From the NCBI RefSeq assembly GCF_001194135.2, contig NC_068988.1:8431690-8470416 (forward strand): a stretch of DNA of 38,727 nucleotides, given 5' to 3'. Both the position numbers and the translations under genes were made by a program. Source of the DNA: Octopus bimaculoides (taxonomy: Eukaryota). Each line of letters opens with the position of its first letter. Positions within the stretch are counted from its first letter, which is position 1. The notes beneath the pieces are model-generated. The model saw only the letters and a list, made by a program, of their open reading frames with translations, did not search any database and was not told the origin of the DNA. This document shows positions 12,124-25,443 of the stretch, in pieces.

Positions 12124-15100
12124 TTAGATTTAACAGTAATCTGAATGCTAAACAGTTAAAACAGGAAGTTTGTATAAGAGAACTTGGAACAGTCCCAGAC
12201 TGGTTGGTATGGAAAAGTAGTCAGAGATATTGGTCGGATGAGAGTAAGAGGTAATAAGCACAGGGGAAAGATTGGGGACCACTCAGTTGAGATACAATAA
12301 AAGAGAAGACAGGAGAAATCAACAGCATCTTTACCGTACTTGCATGCATCAGATGAAAGTTGGTGAGGTAGATTTTTCTATGGATGGATAGATACCCTTC
12401 TGTTGCCAATCCTCACCTACTTCCAAGCCAGGGAATATTTCCTCAAGGCTAGATTAAGTTTTTTTACAGGAGATAGGAAACGAATAAATCAATAAACGAA
12501 ACCATTAAGCAATGTCAAGACACCATCCTTTAATGTCCATTTTCCATGCTGGCATGGGTTGGACGGTTTGACAGGGGCTGGCAAGGCTGGAGAGCTGCAC
12601 CAGGATCCAGTCATCTATTTTGGCATATGGTTTCTGTGGTTGGATGCCCTTACTAACTCCGACCACTTTACAGAGTGTACTGGGAGCTTTATATGTAGCA
12701 CCAGCACATTTTTGATACATGCAATTTAAATTTGTAGTGTATATTTAATACCTTAAAATAAAATAAAATAAAATAAAATTACTTATTTACATATTTTAGT
12801 TAAGTTTAACAATATAAACAATCTATTCCATTGCAAACTTATCTTTGCAAAAAAAAAAAAAATAATAAATAAATAAATAATAGGGTATTTTTTGTTCAGA
12901 AAGTTATATGTAAATTAAACTAAGTGGTAGAGCACCAAACATGCGCACTCATCCTGCACCTCACATTTTAAGTCCCTCTCTCTAACTCTTAGTAACGCAC
13001 AAAAGTGTTAATGAATTTAACAGCTTTGCATGTCATTAAATGCTTACTTCCACAATGTAGTTGTTTGCAATATACGTGCACATGTGTGTGCGTATGTGTG
13101 ATTTCAGAATATTTCAACTAATTAGTTAATGTGTCAAATCAATTAAGAAAATGTCATCTAGAAATTAACTTTTACACTTCTAACTAACCTTCATAAGAAT
13201 GAACAAAACCTGTTCTGTCCCTAGAATTGAAAATTTTCATTACAAAAGCATGAATGAAGAGCTGTAAAACATTGCCTATTTATCAAAAAACTATTTGTAT
13301 CATTATTCTAAGTTATCTGAAGCGAATTGGAGTCACTGGAAGCAGATCTCTGGTGGGAAACTTCTACAAGGTCAAATGAAACAATGGATTTAGTTCAGAT
13401 CTTTCAAGTTTGCAAAGTTCCAAAGGATAAGAAAAAAATGTTTATAATAGGTTAGGTATGGCTGTGTTGTAAAAAGCTTGCTTCCCAACCACATGGTTCC
13501 GGGTTCAGTCCCACTGCATGGCACCTTGGGCAAGTGTCTTCTACTATAGCCTCGGGCCGACCAAAACCTTGTGAGTGGATTTGGTAGACGGAAACTGAAA
13601 GAAGCCCGTCGTATGTATGTGCATGCATATATATATATATATATATATATACCGCCTGACTGGCCTTCGTGCAGGTGACACGTAAAAGCACCCACTACAC
13701 TGAGTGGTTGGCGTTAGGAAGGGCATCCAGCTGTAGAAACTCCGCCAAATCAGATTGGAGCCTGGTGTAGCCATCTGGTTTTACCAGTCTTCAGTCAAAT
13801 CGNNNNNNNNNNNNNNNNNNNNNNNNNNNNNNNNNNNNNNNNNNNNNNNNNNNNNNNNNNNNNNNNNNNNNNNNNNNNNNNNNNNNNNNNNNNNNNNNNN
13901 NNNNNNNNNNNNNNNNNNNNNNNNNNNNNNNNNNNNNNNNNNNNNNNNNNNNNNNNNNNNNNNNNNNNNNNNNNNNNNNNNNNNNNNNNNNNNNNNNNNN
14001 NNNNNNNNNNNNNNNNNNNNNNNNNNNNNNNNNNNNNNNNNNNNNNNNNNNNNNNNNNNNNNNNNNNNNNNNNNNNNNNNNNNNNNNATATATATATGTA
14101 TGTATATGTGTGTCTCCCCACCATCGCTTGACAACCGATGCTGGTGTGTTTACGTCCCCGTAACTTAGCGTTTCTGCAAAAAGAGACCGATAGAATAAGT
14201 ACTAAGCTTACAAAGAATAAGTCCTGGGGTCGATGTTCTTGACTAAAGGCAGTGCTCCAGCATGACTGCAGTCAAATGGTTGAAACAAGTAAAAGAGTAT
14301 ATGATCTCACACACAGGGATTCTTTCAGTTTCCAGTCTATCACATCTACTCAAAGCTTTGGTAGGTCCTGGTGGGGAGGATTATAGCAGAAGTAGAAAAC
14401 ACTTGCTCAAGGTGTTGTGCAACAGGACTGAACCTGAAACCATGCAGTTGGGAAGCAAACTTCTTACCACACAGCCACACTCATGGCCTAACCTATTTCA
14501 GCAAATGTATTCGGTTTTTTGTTTCAAGAATCTGAGCTGCAAAGAACTGTACAAGTAAACCATCAGCTTATTAACAGATAATGTTGGAAGATAGGACAGT
14601 ATCAACTTCATATTGTCATGAAGACTTACACACACACACACACATCTATACATACTATACCTACCTATATATCTATCTACACATCTACATCTTTATACAC
14701 ACATCCACAACTGTATCTCTCACCATATCACACAAGCATGTGTGCATACACTCGAGATGGATGTAATATATATACACGAAATGAATAAAACAAAAAAATG
14801 AAATCAGCGAGCTGCAAGAAAATGGCACAGATCCAGTTTGTAGTACTCTTTTATCACAGACAAGGTGAAAAGAAAACAAAGATTCTAGAAGCTACGGTGA
14901 ACTGACACAGGAAAAGCAAAACTTCAACAGTGAGAGGCCTCCCTTCTCTAATTGCATGTATGAGAGAGAGAGAGTCATAAGTAGGTTGTGAATTGGGACA
15001 TGTTTTCCCAGTCGGTGTAGAGAGACTAGACAGAATTCAAAATGAATGTATATTTATAAAATGCCTTTAATGTTAAAAATTGAAAAACTAACAAACGAAT

Positions 15101-16207
15101 TATATTTATGATCCATAGCAATTAATGTCAGAGAAATGAATTGCTCGTTTTTCTAAATAGTAAAAAAGAAACAAAAAAATAACAAAGCAAAACAAAAAAA
15201 AAGAGCTAAAACTATATTAGTTCAGTTGATGTTTTTGTTTATGGTTAACAGACCAAGTCTATTAAATAATAGCTGATATATATAAATGTTGGTTGGTTTG
15301 TGTTGCCAGTACATCAGATGGAGGAGAGATAATAAAAAAGATTTAACAAAGAGCTGCAGGCAGGTGTGGCTATGTGGAAAGAAGCTTCTTTCCCAACCGC
15401 ATGGTTCTGGGTTCAGTCCTAAGTGTCTTCCACTAGACTCATGCTGAACAAAACCTTGTAAGTTTGGTAGACAGAAACTGAAAGAAGCTGCAGTGTATAT
15501 ATATGCGTGTATGTGTGTGTCTGTACCCTACCACCACCACCACCACCACCACTGTACAACCGGTGTAGGTGTGTTTACATCCCTGTAACTTAGAATAATT
15601 AGCATAAACCGAAAAGAAAATACAGGGGCCGATTCATTTGACAAAAAATTCTTCAAGGCTCAGCTGTCGTCTAATGGCAGAAACAAGATAGAAGATAATA
15701 GATGCTCCACCGCCTATTTTGATTCTTTTAAAACTGTCTGGAAAACACACACCATCACCATTTAATGCCCCGTTTCCATGCTGCCGGGGGTCAGGTGGTT
15801 TGACAGGACCTGACAAGCTGCAGAGCTGCATCAAACTCCAATGTCAACTTTGGCATGGTTTCTATGGCTGGAAGTCTTTCCTAATGCCAATCACTTTACA
15901 GTGTGTATTGAGTGCTTTTAGTTGTGCTATTGGCACTGTGGAAGTTTTGCAGAGACTCTTGATGGAGTAGATTGTAATTATGTTGTTGATAAAATTTAGT
16001 AAAATAACATTTACTGAAAATATACAAATGAAAAGTATATTTAAATTTTTTTCTTTTTGAAAATTAGCATGTATCTTTTGTATAAGCACCAAGAAATTTG
16101 ATTAAAAGTTAAATTCTAATTATTGTATGTAGACCATATTTCCTGATATTACACATAGTGGCCAAAATATACTTCCAAAGTTACCCATCATATGACGGGA
16201 AACCCTA

Positions 16208-16245
<38 letters not shown>

Positions 16246-16358
16246 ATATATATATATGCGCATGTAATACAATTTTTCTGAATTTTCAAATTTTTTATAT
16301 GCTAGGCCACTTGGTTTTAAATTGATGTTAATTGAATTAATATTCAATTTATCACCCT

Positions 16359-16399
<41 letters not shown>

Positions 16400-16550
16400 G
16401 CAAGAGAGTTAGGGGTTGAGGATTCAACCCACTAAGGGATAGTATCTATCCAATATACTGCTGGGAGGGTACCCAATTATTGTTACACTAGTGTTATACC
16501 AAGTGTAATAAGTGGGTGCGGGCAAAAGGGGGGTTATTTTACCCTAAATT

Positions 16551-16687
16551 TATATAGCAATTAGGAAATGGGGGAGAATATGCGGTACCCATCGACTTGC
16601 AGACAGTGTATTCCGTTGAATTAATTTATTTTGTACTGCAAGTCGATGGGTACCGCATATTCTCCTCCATTTTCTAATTGCTATATA
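16551..16687. repeat. Near-perfect inverted repeat / palindromic MITE
   Basis: ~52-bp arms (TATATAGCAATTAGGAAATGGGGGAGAATATGCGGTACCCATCGACTTGCAG and its reverse complement) around a 33-nt spacer, embedded in TA. Confidence 0.85.
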
Positions 16688-17652
16688 TATACATATATAC
16701 ACATACACACGCATGGTTGGATGCTCTCAACATGCAAAAATTAAACCATTCATGTTTTGGTTCTAATGTTAATCGTGTTAATAAAAGGTACCTGTGCCAG
16801 TGGCATGTAAAAGGCACCCGTATCGGTGACACAGAAAAGACACCCTGTACACACTGTGGAGTGGTTGGCGTTAGGAAGGGCATCCAGCTGTAGAAACACT
16901 GCCAAATCAGACTGGAGCCTGGTGCAGCCTCCTGGCTTCCCAGACCCCGGTTGAACCGTCCAACCCATGCTAGCATGGAAAACGGACGTTAAACAATGAT
17001 GATGTGTTTAGTGAGAAGACAAAAAAAAGAAACCATACAGGTAACCAACAATAGACCCAAACTACTACTACCACTACCACTACTACTCCTCATCAATGTT
17101 TACGATTCATTTACTTCACCTGGTGGCTCGTCATGTGAGTCCTCAGACCATCAATCGATTCACAAAGACGATCACACAAGCAATTTGCATTACATGAAGC
17201 TATATAGATATATGAGCACGACTTATTAATCAGCATGTGACCTAGCCGAGAAATCACAAAATATGGACTATGATGGTTTGCAGGAAGATTGTTCTTCTGT
17301 TGCTTTGTCTTCCTATTTTCCTATTAACTGATCTTGTACTCTTTGAGTTTCAAAATTTTGGAGCTAGAAAAAGCACTCACTTCTTCAGTCTGATTCTCAC
17401 AGTTTTCTTTTGTAATATTTAGGTATCTCAAATTATCTTTGAACTTATCCTTATACAGTAAGAAATGGCTGGCCTACGTAGCACTGTGAATTTTCAAGCT
17501 AACCCTAAATTATATATATGTGTATATCAAGGGTCTACAAAGTGGTCGACACTGACCCTTGGAAGTCGATGAGACTATTCTAAGGGTCAGTAAATGCACA
17601 TCTACATTATTATTTATATTCTTGTACATGCCTGGAGGTTGAGGTGTCAAGG

Positions 17653-17689
<37 letters not shown>

Positions 17690-20445
17690 ATCATCATCAT
17701 CATCATCATCGTCATCATCGTTTAACGTCCGCTTTCCATGCTAGCATGGGTTGGACGATTTGACTGAGGACTGGTGAAACCGGATGGCAACACCAGGCTC
17801 CAGTCTGATTTGGCAGAGTTTCTACAGCTGGATGCCCTTCCTAACGCCAACCACTCAGAGAGTGTAGTGGGTGCTTTTACGTGTCACCCGCACATATGTA
17901 TATATATATATATGTATATATATATATGTTTATATATATATGTATATATATATGTTTATATATATATGTATATATATANNNNNNNNNNNNNNNNNNNNNN
18001 NNNNNNNNNNNNNNNNNNNNNNNNNNNNNNNNNNNNNNNNNNNNNNNNNNNNNNNNNNNNNNNNNNNNNNNNNNNNNNNNNNNNNNNNNNNNNNNNNNNN
18101 NNNNNNNNNNNNNNNNNNNNNNNNNNNNNNNNNNNNNNNNNNNNNNNNNNNNNNNNNNNNNNNNNNNNNNNNNNTCTACAGCTGGATGCCCTTCCTAACG
18201 CCAACCACTCAGAGAGTGTAGTGGGTGCTTTTACGTGTCACCCGCACATATGTATATATATATATATGTATATATATATATGTTTATATATATATGTATA
18301 TATATATGTTTATATATATATGTATATATATACATGTTCTTTTATTCTTTTACTTGTTTCAGTCATATGACTGTGGCCAAGCTGGAGCACCGCCTTTAGC
18401 CGAGCATATTCTTTGTAAGCCTAGTACTTATTCTATCGGCCTCTTTTGCCAAACTTCATAGAATCCTTGACACCACCATCGGTTGTCAAGCGATATTAGT
18501 GGGGACAAACACAGACACACACACATACATACGACAGGCTTCTTTCAGTTTCCGTCTACCAAATCCACTCAAGGCCTTGTGAGTAGAAGACACTTACCCA
18601 AGGTGCCACGCAGTGGGCCTGAACCCAGAACCATGTGGCTGGTAAGCAAGCTACTTACCACACTGCCACTCCTGTGCCTATATGTATATATGTGTCTGTT
18701 CCCCACAAGCATTTGATGCCTGATGTTGGTGTGTCCACGTCTCTGTAACTTAGCAGTTTGACAAAAGAGACCAATCAAAATAAGCGCCAAACTTATGAAA
18801 ACAAAAACGAGTACTGGAGTCGATCCGTTTGACTAAAATTCTCCAAGGTGGTGCCCCAGCATGGTCACAGTGATGAATGAAACGAGTAAAAGACTACACA
18901 CAGGACAATTTCCATGTTGATAGGAATTGGGGGGGGGGGGGCTTGTAGAATGATGAACTCTAAAAAAAATGACAGTTACTGGTTACTGTGAACATATTCA
19001 TCATCATGTAACGTCCATTATCCATGCTGGCATGGGTTGGATGGTTTGATTGGGTTGGCACCACAATGGAAGCCTGCGCCAAACAACAAAAGAAACAAAT
19101 AGAGAAACAAGACAGGCAACATAAAGAACATTCCCTTCATCAGTTGTCCCCTGTCTTATCCACTCAGCATTTCGAAAGTNNNNNNNNNNNNNNNNNNNNN
19201 NNNNNNNNNNNNNNNNNNNNNNNNNNNNNNNNNNNNNNNNNNNNNNNNNNNNNNNNNNNNNNNNNNNNNNNNNNNNNNNNNNNNNNNNNNNNNNNNNNNN
19301 NNNNNNNNNNNNNNNNNNNNNNNNNNNNNNNNNNNNNNNNNNNNNNNNNNNNNNNNNNNNNNNNNNNNNNNNNNNNNNNNNNNNNNNNNNNNNNNNNNNN
19401 NNNNNNNNNNNNNNNNNNNNNNNNNNNNNNNNNNNNNNNNNNNNNNNNNNNNNNNNNNNNNNNNNNNNNNNNNNNNNNNNNNNNNNNNNNNNNNNNNNNN
19501 NNNNNNNNNNNNNNNNNNNNNNNNNNNNNNNNNNNNNNNNNNNNNNNNNNNNNNNNNNNNNNNNNNNNNNNNNNNNNNNNNNNNNNNNNNNNNNNNNNNN
19601 NNNNNNNNNNNNNNNNNNNNNNNNNNNNNNNNNNNNNNNNNNNNNNNNNNNNNNNNNNNNNNNNNNNNNNNNNNNNNAAAAACGCTTATCTTTTATATCA
19701 AAACTTGATTAAAAGAATCTGAAAATAATAATTAGTAAATTGTTTTTTCTATGATGAAGCAAATCATCATCGTTTAATGTCCGTTTTCCATGCTGGTATG
19801 GGTTGGACGGTTTGACTGAGGTCTGGAGAGCCAGCGGCTGCACCAATCTTCAATCTGATCTGGCAATGTTTCTACAGCTGGATGCTCTTCCTGACGCCAA
19901 CCACTCCAAGAGTGTAGTGGGTGCATTTTATATGCCACTGGCACAGGAGCCAGTTAGGCGGCACTGGCATCGGCCACGTTCAGATGGTGCTTTTTACGTG
20001 CCACTGGCACGGGGGCCAGTCAGGGGTCACTGGCATCGGCCACGTTTGGATGGTGCTTTTTACATGCCAAAGCACCTATAGTAAAAAAAGGAAAAGAGAA
20101 ATATGGCATTATTTTGTGTTAGAAATGTTTACGAGAGAGCTTGAAAGTTAACCAAAGCTCAGAGAATTAAAACAAACCAAAACTGCTTGATATATCAAAA
20201 GTGAAGCATTTATTATTATCATCATCATCATGTGCAGGAGGTAGTTGTGCAGTTAAGAAGCTTGCTTGCCAACCAAATGGCTTCAGGTCCGGTCCCACTG
20301 GGTGGCTCCTTGGGCAAGTGTCTACTATAGCCCTGAGCTGACCAAAGCCTTTGAATGAATTCGGTAGATGGAAACTGAAAGAAGCCCAGTGTGTGTGTGT
20401 GCATGTGCACATATATATATGCATGTGTGCATATATATATATATA

Positions 20446-20645
20446 AGGTTGAGGAGGGTACTTTTCAGCCCATCACACTCTATATCACTTCATACTAAAA
20501 CTATCCGCCTATGGATATAATAATCGATTCCTTTATTTTTTCTGTCTCCGATGAAGGGAAGTACTGGATCTTCCCAGAAACAGCTGTAAGACTATCCATA
20601 AAATATTTCTCCAGCCTCACCATTGCTCTCTTTATCTTTTTATAT
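20446..20645 (+). mobile_element. Hammerhead-bearing dispersed repeat (Penelope pLTR/retrozyme-like), copy 1
   Basis: About 190 bp align in inverted orientation with ~36690-36870, with the ribozyme as the best-conserved part. Penelope association is inferred from the known link between minimal hammerheads and PLEs. Confidence 0.55.
20544..20592 (+). ncRNA. Hammerhead ribozyme family 2 copy with U4C core change
   Basis: GTCT CCGATGA A GGGAAG tactggat CTTCCC A GAAAC AGCT GTA AGAC; identical to the 36.7-kb copy except CUGAUGA->CCGAUGA. Confidence 0.65.
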
Positions 20646-20696
20646 TCACACACACACACACACACTCTAGGATATGAATAGGATGGGGGGATACCC

Positions 20697-21070
20697 AGAG
20701 AGCTGTTGCCTCTGTTGGCCATGAAAGGTTTATCCCTGAGTGAAAGGGGGCCCTGATTGGAAAGGAGGCCAGTATGCTCTGCTGGATGTGTAAGGTAAGT
20801 TAACATGTCCAACAGAGCGCTAATGTTTTGAGGGACGTTAGGTATAAGAGGAATTAGATGCTGTGTGCAAGAGAGAAGACTGCGCTGGTTTGGTCATGCG
20901 ATGGATGCTGACAGCTTTATAAAGAAGTGTCATCTCACAAACACCGTGGGAGGGAGAGATCCAGGAAGACATGGGACAAAGTATTGAAGAATGACTTCAG
21001 AACACTGAACCTTTCAGGCAAGATGACAAAGGACCAGGATATCCGGTGCCTTGCTGTATTCAAGAGGTCC
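20697..21070 (+). mobile_element. Decayed 3' ORF fragment of an RTE-clade LINE
   Basis: Broken frames give RELLPLLAMKGLSL...GIRGIRCCVQERRLRWFGHAM...IKKC...RKTWDKVLKNDFRTLNL. The RRLRWFGH...RP-KTW...D motif is typical of the RTE C-terminus. Confidence 0.75.
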
Positions 21071-22819
21071 TGTACCCTGCAGCAGAAGTGTTAAGGTTGG
21101 TCCCCCTGGTGATGTAAAGCTACTGTGGAAGTGCCACGTAAAAGAACCCAGCATGCTGTAAAGTGGTTCTTTTCTACTCTAGGCACAAGGTCCGAAATTT
21201 TTGGGGAGGGTACCAGTCGATTAGATCGACCCCAGTATGCAACTGGTACTTAATTTATCGACCCCCGAAAGGATGAAAGGTAAAGCTGACCTCGGCGGAA
21301 TTTGAACTCAGAACATAAAGGCAGATGAAATATCGCTAAGCATCCAGCTGTAGAAACCTCACCAAATCAGGCTAGAGTCTGGTGCAGCTTCCCAGCTCTG
21401 GTCAAACAGCCTAACCTATGCCAGCATGGACAACGAACATTCAATGAAGACGATGATGATTTAATGTTTGTTTTCTATGCTGGCATGGGTTGGATGGTTT
21501 CACAGGAGCTGGTAAGGTCAGAAGCTAGACCAGGCTCCTTTGCCTGTTTTGGCAGGGTTTCTATGACTGGCTGCCCTTCCTGATGCCAACCACTTTATAG
21601 AATGTATTGGGTGCTTTGTAAAATGGCTGGCGTTAGGAAGGGCACCCAACCAGAGAAACAGACAATGGAGCCTGATGATGATACACACAAACCCGAACAA
21701 GAATAAGAGACAGTGTGATGATGGCTTAGCTGGCTGAAACTTTGAAGTCACTGTCAACAGCATTCTCTTTTAAGAATAATAAATTTGTACTCTACGGAAG
21801 TATAGAGTAAATCAAACAGATGTAAAATTGTTTTTTATCATAACTGAACATGAGCGCAGGAGTGGCTGTGTGGTAAGTATCTTGCTTACCGACCACATGG
21901 CTCCGGGTTCATTCCCACTGTGTGGCACCTTGGGCAACTGTCTTCTACTATAGTCTTAGGCCGACCAATGCCTTGTGAGTGGATTTGGTAGACGGAAACT
22001 GAAGGAAGTCCGTCGTATATATGTATTTATATATATGTATGTGTGTTTGTCCCCTCACGATCGCTTGACAACTGATGGTGGTGTGTTTACGTCCCTGTAA
22101 CTTAGTGGTTCAGCGAAACAGACTGGTAGTATAAGTACTAGGCTTACAAAGAATAAGTCCTGGGGTCGATTTGTTCGACTAAAGGCGGTACTCCAGCATG
22201 GCCACAGTGAAATGACTGAAACAAGTAAAAAAGAGAACATAAAAGCAAACATTAACACACACGAGTGTGACTGTTTGTGTTTCCTTGTCTTAGGGTATCA
22301 TAGTTGTAAACGAGTGTCATTGTCATACAAGCAGAGTCAATCATGTGTGAGATTCTGTGAAAATATGTCTGGCCTGGAGAAATATTACCTGGCTTGGAAA
22401 CAGGTGAGGGTTGACAAGAAAGGCACCCAGTTGTCGATACCTACTGCAAAATCCACTTGACCCATGCAAGTATGAAAAACAGACGTTATGAGCTTTTAGC
22501 ACTTAGTCACAGGTCTTTACATTCTGAGTTCAAATTCTGCCATGGTCAACTTGACCTTTTATCATTCCAGGCCGATGTTGACTTACCCCCACACCCCAAC
22601 TCAAAATTTCTGGCAGAATTGTTAGCATGCTGGACAAAATGCTTAGCGGCATTTTGTTTGTTTTTACACTCTTAGCTCAAATTCCACTCTGGTTGACTTT
22701 GCCTTTTTCAGGGCCAATAAAATAAGTACGATTGAAGTACAAGAATTAATATAGTCAACCAGCCCCTCCTCCAAAATTTCAAGAATTGTGCCTATAATAG
22801 AAAGGATCATTATTATTAT

Positions 22820-23050
22820 GGTGGTGAGCTGGCACAATCGTCAGCATGCCGGGCTAAATGCTTAGCAGTATTTCATCTGTTTTTACGCTCTGAGTTCAAA
22901 TTTTGCTGAGCTCGACTTTGCCTTTCATCCTTTCAGGGTCGATAAAATAAGTACCAGTTATGCACTGGAGTGGATATAATCATCTGGCCTCCTTCCCCGC
23001 AAAATTTTCAAGGCTTTGTGCCTAGAGTAGAAATGATTATTATTATTATT
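22820..23050 (+). mobile_element. tRNA-derived SINE family C with (ATT)n tail (representative)
   Basis: GGTGAGCTGGCA...GAGTTCAAATT...GACTTTGCCTTTCATCCTTTCAGGGTCGATAAAATAAGTACCAG. Other copies at 6595-7030, 21175-21340, 22480-22810, 28400-28870 and 31115-32370. The central box resembles the widespread animal SINE central (Meta-type) domain (inference). Confidence 0.75.
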
Positions 23051-23104
23051 GTGTTTATTTGGTGGTGGGCTAAGCAAAGAAGGTTGAGTGGTAGAGCAGA
23101 TTGA

Positions 23105-23400
23105 AAGGGCCGAAGACAGATACTTCCCCCTTTGGCCAAGTTCTCAACAACTTTTTCAAGTTTAACTTGAAAAGGAAAGTGTGTGTAAAGAGGGAAGTGC
23201 TGCCTCACAACAATTTTGTTGAAAGCTGGGTGAGTGTGGCAAGAATGGTCAGAGTGAACAGGCCTACTCTAAGCATGTGCCTGTTGGTTGAAGGAGGACA
23301 GTGTGGAGAGAGCACTTGCCCTAGTTGTCCAGGCAAAAACCATGGTCTTGTGGAGCTACCATGGGCATCCCAAGGAAGTCTGCCTCTTCTGGGGAATTAT
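23105..23400 (+). mobile_element. Possible 3' end of an L1/Tx1-type LINE
   Basis: Peptide FFKFNLKRKVCVKREVLPHNNFVESWVSVARMVRVN resembles the Tx1 ORF2 C-terminus (F...LKxxxxxE...F..xW). Recognition is from memory only. Confidence 0.4.
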
Positions 23401-23797
23401 CAATTGTTAAAATTTATATATATATTAGCGCAGGAGTGGCTGTGTGGAAAGTAGCTTGCTTACCAACCACATGGTTCTGGGCTCAGTCCAACTGCTTGGC
23501 ACCTTGGGCAAGTGTCTTCTACTATAGCCTCGGACCGACCAAAGCCCTGTGAGTGAATTTGGTAGACGGAAGCCGAAAGAAGCCTGTCGTATATATATAT
23601 ATATATATATATTTATATAAGGGGCATTATTACAGAAAATAATAACGCCACACAGTGGACTTCTCAAAATAACCACATTTAGTACCTTATGCGAGGAAAA
23701 ACAACCAACAGAAGGCGACCAACTTTCTTTTAAATAAATTTAACTGTGCATCGGCCGATTTCGCGATTACTAGAATGAATCTAGATTTCGTTCATCA

Positions 23798-23800
<3 letters not shown>

Positions 23801-23869
<69 letters not shown>

Positions 23870-23870
23870 T
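23801..23870. repeat. (TA)n/(TG)n microsatellite (representative)
   Basis: Long TA then TG tract. Similar tracts at 5887, 10151, 16211, 16361, 17658, 27085, 27620 and 36448, often flanking N gaps. Confidence 0.95.
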
Positions 23871-25443
23871 TGTGTGTCAGGCGGTACTGGCAACGGTCAA
23901 GCTCAAAAAGGTGTATTTTACGTGCCACCTGCACAGGAGCCAGTCCAGTGGTACTGGCAACGATCTCGCTCAAATGTCTTTTCACGTGCCACTGGCACAA
24001 GCGCCAGGAAGGCGACATTGGAACCTACAAATATTTATTTTTAGGGTAAACACTTGTGTGCTGAGGGCACTACTGTAATGTGTCCCCTAATGTAGGGGTC
24101 ATTGTCTCAATAGGCTGTGAAGAAAGTCTGGACGTGTTTCAGCCCTTTCCATTGTAACACCAGAGCTGCCCAGGGCCACCTACAGATTTAGGTAACAAAA
24201 CCCTCACGCCAACAGCACAAGCTTTCAGTTAGATGTTGTGATTCTGGCCCAGATGCTTCTATCATTTTCACTGCTCAGTTTTGCAGTACCACTTGTCCTC
24301 TCTCTCGAACCAGATGTAATTAATAACTTGCTTTCTTGGTAGCTTCTGACAATTTTCTAGTAACATTTTTTCACTCCATCACAGCTAGTCCACGACTCCT
24401 GTGCACTGAGTGAACTCTGGTTCCAACAAATCCTCAAATGCTTATTTAAATGCATAACTTTCCAGACACTGATAATTCACACTAATCCATAAACAGGAAC
24501 TTCAAATTACTTCATCCCCCACTATTAATAAACTTGTATCATTTATATTAATCTACAGGTTTCTACTTCATTTAAGTCATCTTTTATCTCTGGAGGACAA
24601 ACAAGGAAGAAACACACACATACATACATATATGGGCTTCTTTCAGTTTCCATCTACCGAATTTACTCACAAGGCTTTGGTCGGCTCGAGGTTATAGTAG
24701 AAGACACCTACCCAATGTACTATACAGTGGGACTGAACCTAGAACCATGTGGTTGGGAAGCAAGCTTCTTACCACACAGCCACGCCTACAGAAGACATCA
24801 GCTCTTTAGAGAAAGTTTCATAATTTCCAAAGTGTAAGAAAAGTGTTTAGTGAACATAATAATAATAATAATAATGAAATTATTGTGTGCAGTGCTCAGG
24901 TGCACTACAATATAATATAGAACACTGAAGCCCTGCAGAATAGCTATGCAAACAGCTTAGAGGATCATTTGAAATACCCTTGTTGAGAGAAAGAAAAGTG
25001 GCCTGGTTCGCTGGCCACATTTTAATGCTTATAAGGGTATTATTTTACCCAATCTCTTAGGCTGTTCTCACAGCTTTTCTGCTGCATTCGAGATTTCCTT
25101 CGTTTAAAATCATAATACACTGAACAGCTTAGATACGAGTAATATTGACTACATGACGAGTAGCTACATGTTTCCTTTTATTTAACGAATTAAGGACAGA
25201 TGAAAAAAAAAAAAAGTAAATAAAACTATTGATATTACAAAAGAAATCCAATGTTTCTGACGAGCCTATACACAAGTCGATGAATTTTATAGGTTAAGCA
25301 TTTCATGCTTGTTTTGTTAGTAAACCCGTTGGTTAACTATAGAAACGGATAGTAGTTGTTTTCAGGTAACCCTTACTAGAACAAGGACGAAAACCTACCA
25401 CGAGGAAACATTACAATAATTACCTTCTAACCCCGCCCTTATA

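Noticed and set aside
17110-17155. Minus-strand CTGAGGA-CTC...GAG hairpin
   Set aside because: GAAA is missing after the stem, so the hammerhead core is incomplete.
17380-17460. Candidate 68-nt cassette exon on the minus strand with a GAA|GTGAGT donor
   Set aside because: Weak AAG acceptor, breaks the DCUN1D1 frame, and has no recognisable homology; needs RNA evidence.
17764-17790. CTGAGGA-CTGGT-GAAAC in family A SINE copies (also ~12055, 13790, 38290) resembling a hammerhead core
   Set aside because: No helix II can form, there is no helix III/NUH or helix I pairing, and GAAA is not conserved among copies.
17826-18335. Apparent ~150-bp direct repeat across a gap (likewise 32803-32900)
   Set aside because: Identical sequence on both sides of an N run is most likely overlapping contig ends, i.e. 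an assembly artefact.
19125-19180. Minus-strand CTGATGAAGGGAA, similar to the start of hammerhead family 2
   Set aside because: No downstream complementary helix II or GAAA, and no convincing permuted (type II/III) fold. The adjacent gap prevents assessment. At most a remnant.
10054-19722. Long ORFs in the track (10054, 10071, 13755, 17774, 19024 etc.)
   Set aside because: Made of N gaps, microsatellite translations (YIYI, THTH) and SINE sequence; not protein-coding.
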